Shown piece after piece: positions 55,567 through 64,000 of a stretch of DNA of 64,000 nucleotides (the stretch's first letter is position 1; every line of letters begins with the position of its first letter). Source of the stretch: Diplonema japonicum (lineage: Eukaryota > Protista > Euglenozoa: Diplonemea). Location: positions 1-64,000 of the forward strand of contig OZ025654.1 in the NCBI GenBank assembly GCA_964019335.1. Reading direction: 5' to 3'. The notes beneath the pieces are model-generated. The model did no database searches and was not told where the DNA came from. It worked only from the letters and a program-made list of their open reading frames with translations. A program made the position numbers and the translations under genes.

Positions 55567-57711
55567 TTACAAGTCTTCTTCGAACATGGACTCCTTCGAC
55601 TCTTCCTTCACAGAGTGCGCCACTACAGAAAACACCGACATGTGAGGTGGGATGCACATCCTTGAGCTGCCGTACTTCTTCATCTGTATCATGTCGAACG
55701 GGTGGGAACGGTCAGCCCCGTACAAACAAAACACATCCTTCTCCACACAATCCAAACACAGGGCACTGCTCACATCCACGCATAGGCCAAGAACCGTTAC
55801 ATACTTCTGCTTGTTGCTGCCCACTGTCCCGCACCGCACATGACTCGTCGCCAGCCCAATCTTCAAGGCGCCACCGCCCTGCCATCTCTCCAAGGTCTTC
55901 CACGCCATGACGACAAACATGAGGGAGTTCTCGACATGTGTGGTGTTCACGCGTGATGTGTTCCATGCCAACGCCACCCTGCTCCCTTGAAGCGAGACAA
56001 CCACCCCTTGCGTCCTTTCGCAATTCGTCAGAACCCTTGCAAGGAGATCGTTCAGGATGTCTTCCGCCTCCTCATCGTACCCCACAAGGATGTCTACGTG
56101 CGCCATGCTGCTCGTTCTAACATTCATTAAAAAGTTATCTTTGGTGCCATGAAAGCTGCTTTTTATACTCCCGTGAGCACTGCTTGCCCTTGTGCTGCCA
56201 AACGAACTCACGGTGTCTTCTTCTAGTGAAAGTACCCACTTCTTCCCATTGCCCATCTGATCTTCCACATAAAGCTTCCTCCCAACAAGATTCTCCGAAA
56301 GGAGGAGGAAGGGATGGATAGTCTCCCCGATACCCTTGAGCTGTGTCAGCCCCATGGGGATCACAGAGGCACCATCCAGAGGACCTATCTTTTCCAAGAC
56401 CTCCGGAGTGACAGCAACAGAACCCCCAATACACACTCCCTCCATTCTGGATGCCTTGTTCACCGTGTTCCCAAAGTAGTCGTACCTATTTGTCAGGGTG
56501 TTCAGCTGAACATCCACCTCACCACAGTGGACACCAATACGGACACGAAGCCCACACCAAGGGCCCTCGTCATCGTAGGCATACTGCCTCAGTGACAGGA
56601 GCTCCTGAGGCCATATGCTCTCCACAAGGTTTTCCTGAACAGAAAGGCCAAACCACACAGCATCTGAAACATTCTCGAAGGCCACCATGAAAGCATCTCC
56701 AATGGTCTTCACCTCATACCCATTGTGCTCGGCAATGGACGTGCGAACCACCCTGTTGTGAACCTGAAGAGCTTCCTTCATCCCCTCAGGGCATGCTTCC
56801 CAGGTGGCTGTCGATCCTTGGATGTCCGTGAACACGATTGTTGCTTCTGATGTCTGAAGCCCAGGTGCTGGAATGTCATGTCCTTTGTGACCGTGAGCAT
56901 CTTTGTGTAACTCATGAAAGAGGGCGTCAGGGAGGAAGGGGCGGTAGCCTTCAAGGTTTGAGAGGATGGTGTTGAAGGCATCGTAAAGGGGTGGGGGGAG
57001 GGGTGCTGTTGAGATGATGCTCTCGGCTTCCGCGAGGTCAAAGTTGGAAAGGGAAGTGGCAATGGACTCAGCGGTGTGGATGATCCTGTTCATCTTGTCG
57101 TGCTCCTTGTGGAGGTCGTAGGCAAAGCGGCGGGTGAAGTAGAAATCGAAGAGAACGACAGTTATGTGGTTAAAGTACACCGAGGCGGTTTGACTAAAAG
57201 AAACCTTGCATGGAAGGATGGTGCAGTTAATGCTCCCCTGCCTGTCTTCCTGCGAAGGGAGGAAGGACAGATCGTAGAGGCCGAAGCGGATGACATCTTC
57301 ACAAGCACGAAGAAGGAGCCACAGCCCAAGGATAGTGATGAGATTCCTGACGACACGACTTTTCAACTTACAGACTAGACAGACGTCGATGAGTATTACA
57401 AAGAAAGGCCAATCACCAGGTGATCCCGACGCAGCAGAAAACAAATCAGCAACAAGAACGCTGACTGCCGTTGTGCAGAGAAGTGCTTCTAATAGGCCGT
57501 ATCGAAGCCGTTTCTCGGCTAAAAGCTGAAGAATCATACACACTGATGTGAAAATACCTACCAGTCTCCTTGTTATCAGAATCGTGCTATCCTCCCCAGG
57601 TAAAGCAACACCGTGCACGACCACACCAACTACGTAGGCTGACATCATGAGCTTCTTGCTGAACACCGTTGTTGGGTCGTCATCAGGCAGCATTATAAGA
57701 GAACACAACAT
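55567..57711 (-). CDS. Multi-TM class III adenylate cyclase with degenerate second cyclase-like domain, copy 1
   Basis: Several N-terminal TMs; IVFTDIQGST, YEVKTIGDAFM, RVRIGVHCG, YDYFGNTVNKASRME (K and D purine-specifying residues, N-x3-R). First ATG is at 57711. Confidence 0.9.
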   Translation of the reverse strand: MLCSLIMLPDDDPTTVFSKKLMMSAYVVGVVVHGVALPGEDSTILITRRLVGIFTSVCMILQLLAEKRLRYGLLEALLCTTAVSVLVADLFSAASGSPGDWPFFVILIDVCLVCKLKSRVVRNLITILGLWLLLRACEDVIRFGLYDLSFLPSQEDRQGSINCTILPCKVSFSQTASVYFNHITVVLFDFYFTRRFAYDLHKEHDKMNRIIHTAESIATSLSNFDLAEAESIISTAPLPPPLYDAFNTILSNLEGYRPFLPDALFHELHKDAHGHKGHDIPAPGLQTSEATIVFTDIQGSTATWEACPEGMKEALQVHNRVVRTSIAEHNGYEVKTIGDAFMVAFENVSDAVWFGLSVQENLVESIWPQELLSLRQYAYDDEGPWCGLRVRIGVHCGEVDVQLNTLTNRYDYFGNTVNKASRMEGVCIGGSVAVTPEVLEKIGPLDGASVIPMGLTQLKGIGETIHPFLLLSENLVGRKLYVEDQMGNGKKWVLSLEEDTVSSFGSTRASSAHGSIKSSFHGTKDNFLMNVRTSSMAHVDILVGYDEEAEDILNDLLARVLTNCERTQGVVVSLQGSRVALAWNTSRVNTTHVENSLMFVVMAWKTLERWQGGGALKIGLATSHVRCGTVGSNKQKYVTVLGLCVDVSSALCLDCVEKDVFCLYGADRSHPFDMIQMKKYGSSRMCIPPHMSVFSVVAHSVKEESKESMFEEDL

Positions 57712-57953
57712 TTTCCCACCCCGATACGTGACCACTTCCTATGATGACATCAATACAAAGCACTCTCAATGTTGGACGGCATGATTTGGGCAACGTTGCT
57801 TAAGCCTCGAACCTTACGCTGCGCACGACACTTCGTGCATACATCGACTATTTGCTGAAGGCTGGGTACTTCCGACATGACTCAGGGTACAAGCGGAAAA
57901 GTACAGGTAGCGAGGCCCTTTATATCTCAGTGTTATCACCATAAAAAAAAGGG

Positions 57954-59990
57954 CTATGCAGCGGTGTAAACCGAGCCTTCACTTACAAGAGGTCCTCTAA
58001 CATGAACTCCTTGCCTTCCTTCGTGGGGTACCCCGCCACAAGGGAAAACACCGGGTGTATGTGAGGTGGGATGCACATCCTTGAGCTGCCGTACTTCTTC
58101 ATCTGTATCATGTCGAACGGGTGGGAACGCCCTCGGCCTGACTTTCAGAATCATCAGCACCCAACCATTCTCTGGTGGAACCGAGTCCGACTCCCCAACC
58201 TCGAGGGGCATTATGAAAACCTGGGTCCTGGGGGACGAAGTACTACCGCAAGCCATGGACGCCCCTCCCAAGGACAGCAAAGGGACCGTTATCCTCAAGG
58301 CACCCGTACAAACAGAATTCAGGATGTCTTCCGCCTCCTCATCGTACCCCACAAGGATGTCTACGTGCGCCACGCTGCTCGTTCTAACCTCCAATGTTTC
58401 TTTGGCACCTAGTCCGCGAAAGCTGCTTTCACTATCCCTCACGCTCTCGCGAGCACTGCTTGCCCTTGTGCTGCCTCTTGAACTTACAACGTCATCAAGC
58501 ATCAGTGTCCAGTCACTCTTGCCGTTCTGAAGCTGATTTTCCACATAAAGCTTCCTCCCAACAAGATTCTCCGAAAGGAGGAGGAAGGGATGGATAGTCT
58601 CCCCGATACCCTTGAGCTGTGTCAGCCCCATGGGGATCACAGAGGCACCATCCAGAGGACCTATCTTTTCCAAGACCTCCGGAGTGACAGCAACAGAACC
58701 CCCAATACACACTCCCTCTATTCTGGCCGCCTTGTTCACCGTGTTCCCAAAGTAGTCGTACCTATTTGTCAGGGTGTTCAGCTGAACATCCACCTCACCA
58801 CAGTGGACACCAATACGGACACGAAGCCCACACCAAGGGCCCTCGTCATCGTAGGCATACTGCCTCAGTGACAGGAGCTCCTGAGGCCATATGCTCTCCA
58901 CAAGGTTTTCCTGAACAGAAAGGCCAAACCACACAGCATCTGAAGCATTCTCAAAGGCCACCATGAAAGCATCTCCAATGGTCTTCACCTCATACCCATT
59001 GTGCTCGGCAATGGACGTGCGAACCACCTCATTGTGAACCTGAAGAGCTTCCTTCATCCCCTCAGGGCATGCTTCCCAGGTGGCTGTCGATCCTTGGATG
59101 TCCGTGAACACGATTGTTGCTTCTGATGTCTGAAGCCCAGGTGCTGGAATGTCATGTCCTTTGTGACCGTGAGCATCTTTGTGTAACTCATGAAAGAGGG
59201 CGTCAGGGAGGAAGGGGCGGTAGCCTTCAAGGTTTGAGAGGATGGTGTTGAAGGCATCGTAAAGGGGTGGGGGGAGGAGTGCTGTTGAGATGATGCTCTC
59301 GGCTTCCGCGAGGTCAAAGTTGGAAAGGGAAGTGGCAATGGACTCAGCGGTGTGGATGACCTTGTTCATCTTGTCTTGCTCCTTGTGGAGGTCGTTGGCA
59401 AAGCCACGTGTGAAGTAGAAGTCGAGGATGAGAACTGCAAGCTGATCTAAAACCTTGAACCCAGACTTTTCAATTCCCGTAGGACAGGGAATGTCCTGAC
59501 AGTCAACAAGGGAGCGGCGAGACTCTTGAGAAGGGAGGAAAGGAAGGTCATAGAGGCCGAAGCGGAAGGCTGCCTCGAAAGCTGTCACAAGTAAATACAT
59601 AGAAAGCATGATGATGAGGTTCACCGATACACGGTGCGGCAACCGGCAAACAAGGCAAATGTCGACAAACACCACGAAATAAGGCCAGTACGAACCTTCG
59701 TTGCCTACAGAAACATAAAAGTCGTTCATGATAGTACCCGCACCTACAAAGTACAGCATCACTTCTGTGAAGGTGTTACGAATCCTCCGCTCAACAACTA
59801 GCTGCAAAAATATGGCCAACGAAGTGGCGATGGTTAAGCCCGTCCGTATTTTGACAAAAAGGTTTTTCTCCGCTACCACTCTAGCGTTCACCACAAAACA
59901 TGCAAGGCACGCAACGACAAGCAGCTTCTTGCCAGTTACCGTCCTCGAGTCATCACCCGACTGAATAAAATGAGCAAACAAAGAAATCAT
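57954..59990 (-). CDS. Multi-TM adenylate cyclase, copy 2; C-terminal domain disrupted (possible pseudogene or altered isoform)
   Basis: Intact TM and catalytic core. Foreign sequence at 58130-58317 replaces part of the C-terminal domain and shifts the remaining tail out of the copy-1 frame. Confidence 0.8.
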   Translation of the reverse strand: MISLFAHFIQSGDDSRTVTGKKLLVVACLACFVVNARVVAEKNLFVKIRTGLTIATSLAIFLQLVVERRIRNTFTEVMLYFVGAGTIMNDFYVSVGNEGSYWPYFVVFVDICLVCRLPHRVSVNLIIMLSMYLLVTAFEAAFRFGLYDLPFLPSQESRRSLVDCQDIPCPTGIEKSGFKVLDQLAVLILDFYFTRGFANDLHKEQDKMNKVIHTAESIATSLSNFDLAEAESIISTALLPPPLYDAFNTILSNLEGYRPFLPDALFHELHKDAHGHKGHDIPAPGLQTSEATIVFTDIQGSTATWEACPEGMKEALQVHNEVVRTSIAEHNGYEVKTIGDAFMVAFENASDAVWFGLSVQENLVESIWPQELLSLRQYAYDDEGPWCGLRVRIGVHCGEVDVQLNTLTNRYDYFGNTVNKAARIEGVCIGGSVAVTPEVLEKIGPLDGASVIPMGLTQLKGIGETIHPFLLLSENLVGRKLYVENQLQNGKSDWTLMLDDVVSSRGSTRASSARESVRDSESSFRGLGAKETLEVRTSSVAHVDILVGYDEEAEDILNSVCTGALRITVPLLSLGGASMACGSTSSPRTQVFIMPLEVGESDSVPPENGWVLMILKVRPRAFPPVRHDTDEEVRQLKDVHPTSHTPGVFPCGGVPHEGRQGVHVRGPLVSEGSVYTAA

Positions 59991-60376
59991 TTGCTTTTCT
60001 TTTTTTTAATGGACCTGTATTAGGGATGGGTCTATCTTTTTGATGTTCCCTTTATGGGGCCTCATTTTTGTGGTGTGGTTGCATATATCAACGTCTTCCG
60101 TAGACGGTTTACAAAATCTCTTCAGGCTGGTCTTCTTCAGACCCTTGTCCTCACTACCTACCTGCTGTTCTCTGCCGGTGCTGCTTCTGCATGTCCATCA
60201 AGCATACAATAAAAAGAAGGAAAACAAGTTTTTTTCTCTCATCTCATAAGAGAACTGCATGACAACAGGATTTCCCTTGTGCTCCGTTCTCACAGCTGTT
60301 TTATTTTCCTATTCTGGTGGAAACCAGAATCGACTACATGTAAAGCTCTCCACACAGATGTTCTTTCCTTGTTTTA

Positions 60377-62500
60377 CTAGCTAAGCTGAATCACGCAATC
60401 TGCCCGGGCTGCGTCACAGACGGCTATCTCGAACAACGCCATATCGGGGGGGATGCAAATTCTGGAGCTTTTGTACTTCTTCATGCGAAAACCTTCCAGT
60501 GCAGGGCACGAGTTGTCGACAGTCCCGTACAAACAGAACACATCCTTCTCCATACAATCCAAACACAGGGCACTGCTCACATCCACGCATAGGCCAAGAA
60601 CCGCGACATACTTTTGCTTGTTGCTGCCCACTGTTCCATGTTGCACCTGACCTGTCGCTAGTCCGATACGCATCTTCCCAGAAAGCCTCTTCATGCAGTC
60701 CCACAACAACAGTATAAATACCTGCGAGTTCTCGACATGTGTTGTGTTCACGCGTGATGTGTTCCATGCCAACGCCACCCTGCTCCCTTGAAGCGAGACA
60801 ACCACCCCTTGCGTCCTTTCGCAATTCGTCAGAACCCTTGTAAGGAGATCGTTCAAAAGGTTTCCCGCCTCCTCATCGTACCCCACAAGGATGTCTACGT
60901 GCGCCACGCTGCTCGTTGTATCTGAGAACATAGAAAACTGTAATTTCCATATCCCACTACCCGAGCTTTCCACGCTGCTGATTGTCGTATAACTAGGTAT
61001 CAGTGCCCAGTCACTCTTGCCGTTCTGAAGCTGATCTTCCACATAAAGCTTCCTCCCAACAAGATTCTCCGAAAGGAGGAGGAAGGGACGGACAGTCTCC
61101 CCGATACCCTTGAGCTGTGTCAGCCCCATGGGGATCATCGAAGCACCATCCAGAGGACCTATCTTTTCCAAGACCTCCGGAGCGACAGCAACAGAACCCC
61201 CAATACACACTCCCTCTATTCTGGCCGCCTTGTTCACCGTGTTCCCAAAGTAGTCGTACCTATTTGTCAGGGTGTTCAGCTGAACATCCACCTCACCACA
61301 GTGGACACCAATACGGACACGAAGCCCACACCAAGGGCCCTCGTCATCGTAGGCATACTGCCTCAGTGACAGGAGCTCCTGAGGCCATATGCTCTCCACA
61401 AGGTTTTCCTGAACAGAAAGGCCAAACCACACAGCATCTGAAGCATTCTCAAAGGCCACCATGAAAGCATCTCCAATGGTCTTCACCTCATACCCATTGT
61501 GCTCGGCAATGGACGTGCGAACCACCTCATTGTGAACCTGAAGAGCTTCCTTCATCCCCTCAGGGCATGCTTCCCAGGTGGCTGTCGATCCTTGGATGTC
61601 CGTGAACACGATTGTTGCTTCTGATGTCTGAAGCCCAGGTGCTGGAATGTCATGTCCTTTGTGACCGTGAGCATCTTTGTGTAACTCATGAAAGAGGGCG
61701 TCAGGGAGGAAGGGGCGGTAGCCTTCAAGGTTTGAGAGGATGGTGTTGAAGGCATCGTAAAGGGGTGGGGGGAGGAGTGCTGTTGAGATGATGCTCTCGG
61801 CTTCCGCGAGGTCAAAGTTGGAAAGGGAAGTGGCAATGGACTCAGCGGTGTGGATGATCCTGTTCATCTTGTCGTGCTCCTTGTGGAGGTCGTAGGCAAA
61901 GCCACGTGTGAAGTAGAAATCGAGCAACATGACCACGAATTGAAGAATAAAGGTGAGCAAGGCTTGGCGAATGGAAATCTTGCAAGGAAGGTCGTTACAA
62001 TCGATGTACTCACGACGCACTTCCTGCGAAGGAAGGAAGGAGAGGTCGTAGAGGCCGAAGCGGAAGGCTGACTCAAAGGCATTGACCAAAAGCCACAATG
62101 ACATGATCAGTATGAGGTTTCGTGCCACTCTACGTCGAATCCGGCAGACAAGACAGATATCTATGAACAAAATAACATAAGCCCAATTATTACCACCATG
62201 CAAACGTGACACGTCATCAAGTTCTCCGAGTACGAGCGCTGCTGCCCAGAAGTATAGGACTGCTTCAACAAGAATGAAGTTTATCCTACGTTGAGCAAGG
62301 AGCTGGGTTGCCAACAATAGCGAAACACCGAATGCAGACACTCTCCGGGCGGTGATTGACTCACTACCAGCATCCTTGAGAAACGAAATCCCGTTCGCCA
62401 AGGTTCCCGTGATTCCTGCTGCTAACAGAACTTTCTTACTCGTTACAGTCACTGTGTCATCCCCTGGCCGTATGAGATAGGACAACAGGGACCGTGCCAT
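60377..62500 (-). CDS. Multi-TM adenylate cyclase, copy 3
   Basis: Same architecture and catalytic motifs; 707 aa. Confidence 0.9.
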   Translation of the reverse strand: MARSLLSYLIRPGDDTVTVTSKKVLLAAGITGTLANGISFLKDAGSESITARRVSAFGVSLLLATQLLAQRRINFILVEAVLYFWAAALVLGELDDVSRLHGGNNWAYVILFIDICLVCRIRRRVARNLILIMSLWLLVNAFESAFRFGLYDLSFLPSQEVRREYIDCNDLPCKISIRQALLTFILQFVVMLLDFYFTRGFAYDLHKEHDKMNRIIHTAESIATSLSNFDLAEAESIISTALLPPPLYDAFNTILSNLEGYRPFLPDALFHELHKDAHGHKGHDIPAPGLQTSEATIVFTDIQGSTATWEACPEGMKEALQVHNEVVRTSIAEHNGYEVKTIGDAFMVAFENASDAVWFGLSVQENLVESIWPQELLSLRQYAYDDEGPWCGLRVRIGVHCGEVDVQLNTLTNRYDYFGNTVNKAARIEGVCIGGSVAVAPEVLEKIGPLDGASMIPMGLTQLKGIGETVRPFLLLSENLVGRKLYVEDQLQNGKSDWALIPSYTTISSVESSGSGIWKLQFSMFSDTTSSVAHVDILVGYDEEAGNLLNDLLTRVLTNCERTQGVVVSLQGSRVALAWNTSRVNTTHVENSQVFILLLWDCMKRLSGKMRIGLATGQVQHGTVGSNKQKYVAVLGLCVDVSSALCLDCMEKDVFCLYGTVDNSCPALEGFRMKKYKSSRICIPPDMALFEIAVCDAARADCVIQLS

Positions 62501-62634
62501 GTTTCTTTTTTCCTGCGCAATACGAGTGGATTGTCTTCAAAAGAAAATGGTGGCAATTGTCATTTCTCCCCCCCCCCCCCCCCCCCCAGTTTTTCGCTTG
62601 GTGGAAACCAGCAGCAAGTGTCGTATCATGCTTG

Positions 62635-64000
62635 TCACAAATCTGAGTACTCCAGCCTAGTCTCGTCACCGTTGCCATCCTCTGCCGTTAAGGAGTAAAT
62701 CGTGTAGTTGGGGTGCACGAAGGTGCTGTGATTCTCGAAGCTCGCAACCTGCAGCCCAACAAAGCGTACCGCTTCCTGAATAGTACCATACAGACAGAGC
62801 ATGCTGTGTTCCACGCAACTCCGACAGAGGATGTGGCTCACATCCACGCATAGGCCAAGTACCGCAACATACCTCTGCTTGTTGCTCCCCACTGTCCCGT
62901 ACTGAACTTCACCTGTCGCAAGCCCAATGTGCACTCTCACAGCATTTTGTTTTTGTAACAGCATGACAAACATGAGGGAGTTCTCGACATGTGTTGTGTT
63001 TACGCGTGATGTGTTCCATGCCAACGCCACCCTGCTCCCTTGAAGCGAGACAACCACCCCACGTGACCTCTCGCAGCACACCAGCACTTTCGCCAGAACC
63101 TCGTTCATCACATCCTGCGCTTGTCCATCGTAACCAGCACGGATGTCCACGTGCGCCACGCTGCCAGTCGCCTTCAGCATTGACACACTTGCCATACTTG
63201 CACCCATGATGCTCTCTTTCATATTCAAACTGCTCTTCGAGCTCACCGAATCAACTTCAAGCATCAGTGTCCAGTTACTCTTGCCGTTCTGAAGCTGATC
63301 TTCCACATAAAGCTTCCTCCCAACAAGATTCTCCGAAAGGAGGAGGAAGGGATGGATAGTCTCCCCGATACCCTTGAGCTGTGTCAGCCCCATGGGGATC
63401 ACAGAGGCACCATCCAGAGGACCTATCTTTTCCAAGACCTCCGGAGTGACAGCAACAGAACCCCCAATACACACCCCCTCCATTCTGGCCGCCTTGTTCA
63501 CCGTGTTCCCAAAGTAGTCGTACCTATTTGTCAGGGTGTTCAGCTGAACATCCACCTCACCACAGTGGACACCAATACGGACACGAAGCCCACACCAAGG
63601 GCCCTCGTCATCGTAGGCATACTGCCTCAGTGACAGGAGCTCCTGAGGCCACATGCTTCTCACAAGGTCTTCCTGAACAGAAAGGCCAAACCACACAGCA
63701 TCTGAAACATTCTCGAAGGCCACCATGAAAGCATCTCCAATGGTCTTCACCTCATACCCATTGTGCTCGGCAATGGACGTGCGAACCACCCTGTTGTGAA
63801 CCTGAAGAGCTTCCTTCATCCCCTCAGGGCATGCTTCCCAGGTGGCTGTCGATCCTTGGATGTCCGTGAACACGATTGTTGCTTCTGATGTCTGAAGCCC
63901 AGGTGCTGGAATGTCATGTCCTTTGTGACCGTGAGCATCTTTGTGTAACTCATGAAAGAGGGCGTCAGGGAGGAAGGGGCGGTAGCCTTCAAGGTTTGAG
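62635..64000 (-). CDS. Multi-TM adenylate cyclase, copy 4 (5' part beyond the window)
   Basis: Same catalytic core; homology continues to the window edge. Confidence 0.88.
   Translation of the reverse strand, partial: SNLEGYRPFLPDALFHELHKDAHGHKGHDIPAPGLQTSEATIVFTDIQGSTATWEACPEGMKEALQVHNRVVRTSIAEHNGYEVKTIGDAFMVAFENVSDAVWFGLSVQEDLVRSMWPQELLSLRQYAYDDEGPWCGLRVRIGVHCGEVDVQLNTLTNRYDYFGNTVNKAARMEGVCIGGSVAVTPEVLEKIGPLDGASVIPMGLTQLKGIGETIHPFLLLSENLVGRKLYVEDQLQNGKSNWTLMLEVDSVSSKSSLNMKESIMGASMASVSMLKATGSVAHVDIRAGYDGQAQDVMNEVLAKVLVCCERSRGVVVSLQGSRVALAWNTSRVNTTHVENSLMFVMLLQKQNAVRVHIGLATGEVQYGTVGSNKQRYVAVLGLCVDVSHILCRSCVEHSMLCLYGTIQEAVRFVGLQVASFENHSTFVHPNYTIYSLTAEDGNGDETRLEYSDL

Noticed and set aside
3448-63728. 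Numerous + strand ORFs (e.g. 4830..5630, 16746..17981, 41271..41852, 44583..45389)
   Set aside because: Antisense shadows of GC-rich minus-strand genes, with no recognisable motifs.
1-64000. tRNA, rRNA or snoRNA genes
   Set aside because: No cloverleaf or rRNA-like tract recognised by eye, and isolated TGATGA or GGTTCGA words lack supporting structure. tRNAscan-SE or Infernal would be needed to exclude them.

Overview
Eukaryotic DNA, most likely from a diplonemid (Euglenozoa). The basis is a euglenozoan-type spliced-leader exon at 48931-48968, every real gene lying on the minus strand as one directional cluster, trypanosomatid-type adenylate cyclase domains, and tiny GT-AG introns. From left to right the window holds: a (GGGTTTGC)n array of about 90 units; an Ingi-like RNase H fragment that truncates a receptor-cyclase pseudogene; a piggyBac relic; a 5'-truncated non-LTR retrotransposon with an open RT frame and a 9-bp TSD; two minimal DEG/ENaC-like channels; three ubiquitin-like-headed LRR/ankyrin proteins; a GH2 hydrolase, a bacterial-type 3-hydroxybutyrate dehydrogenase and a phospholipase B; a giant surface receptor of about 7,775 aa (20-kb first exon, four 33-39 nt introns); a MITE; three Cys-loop channels; and four tandem multi-TM adenylate cyclases. 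Four things stand out. (1) The Cys-loop channels have a true C-x13-C loop, the anion-selective PAR motif and a calmodulin-like lobe inserted in the M3-M4 loop. (2) Three receptor families (DEG/ENaC, Cys-loop, cyclases) keep near-identical pore or catalytic cores while their sensing regions diverge. (3) A ~40-nt covarying stem-loop from the LINE 3' end occurs six times, always sense to transcription. (4) A solitary SL exon sits in a probable 3' UTR. All family calls rest on motif recognition by eye; no searches were run.
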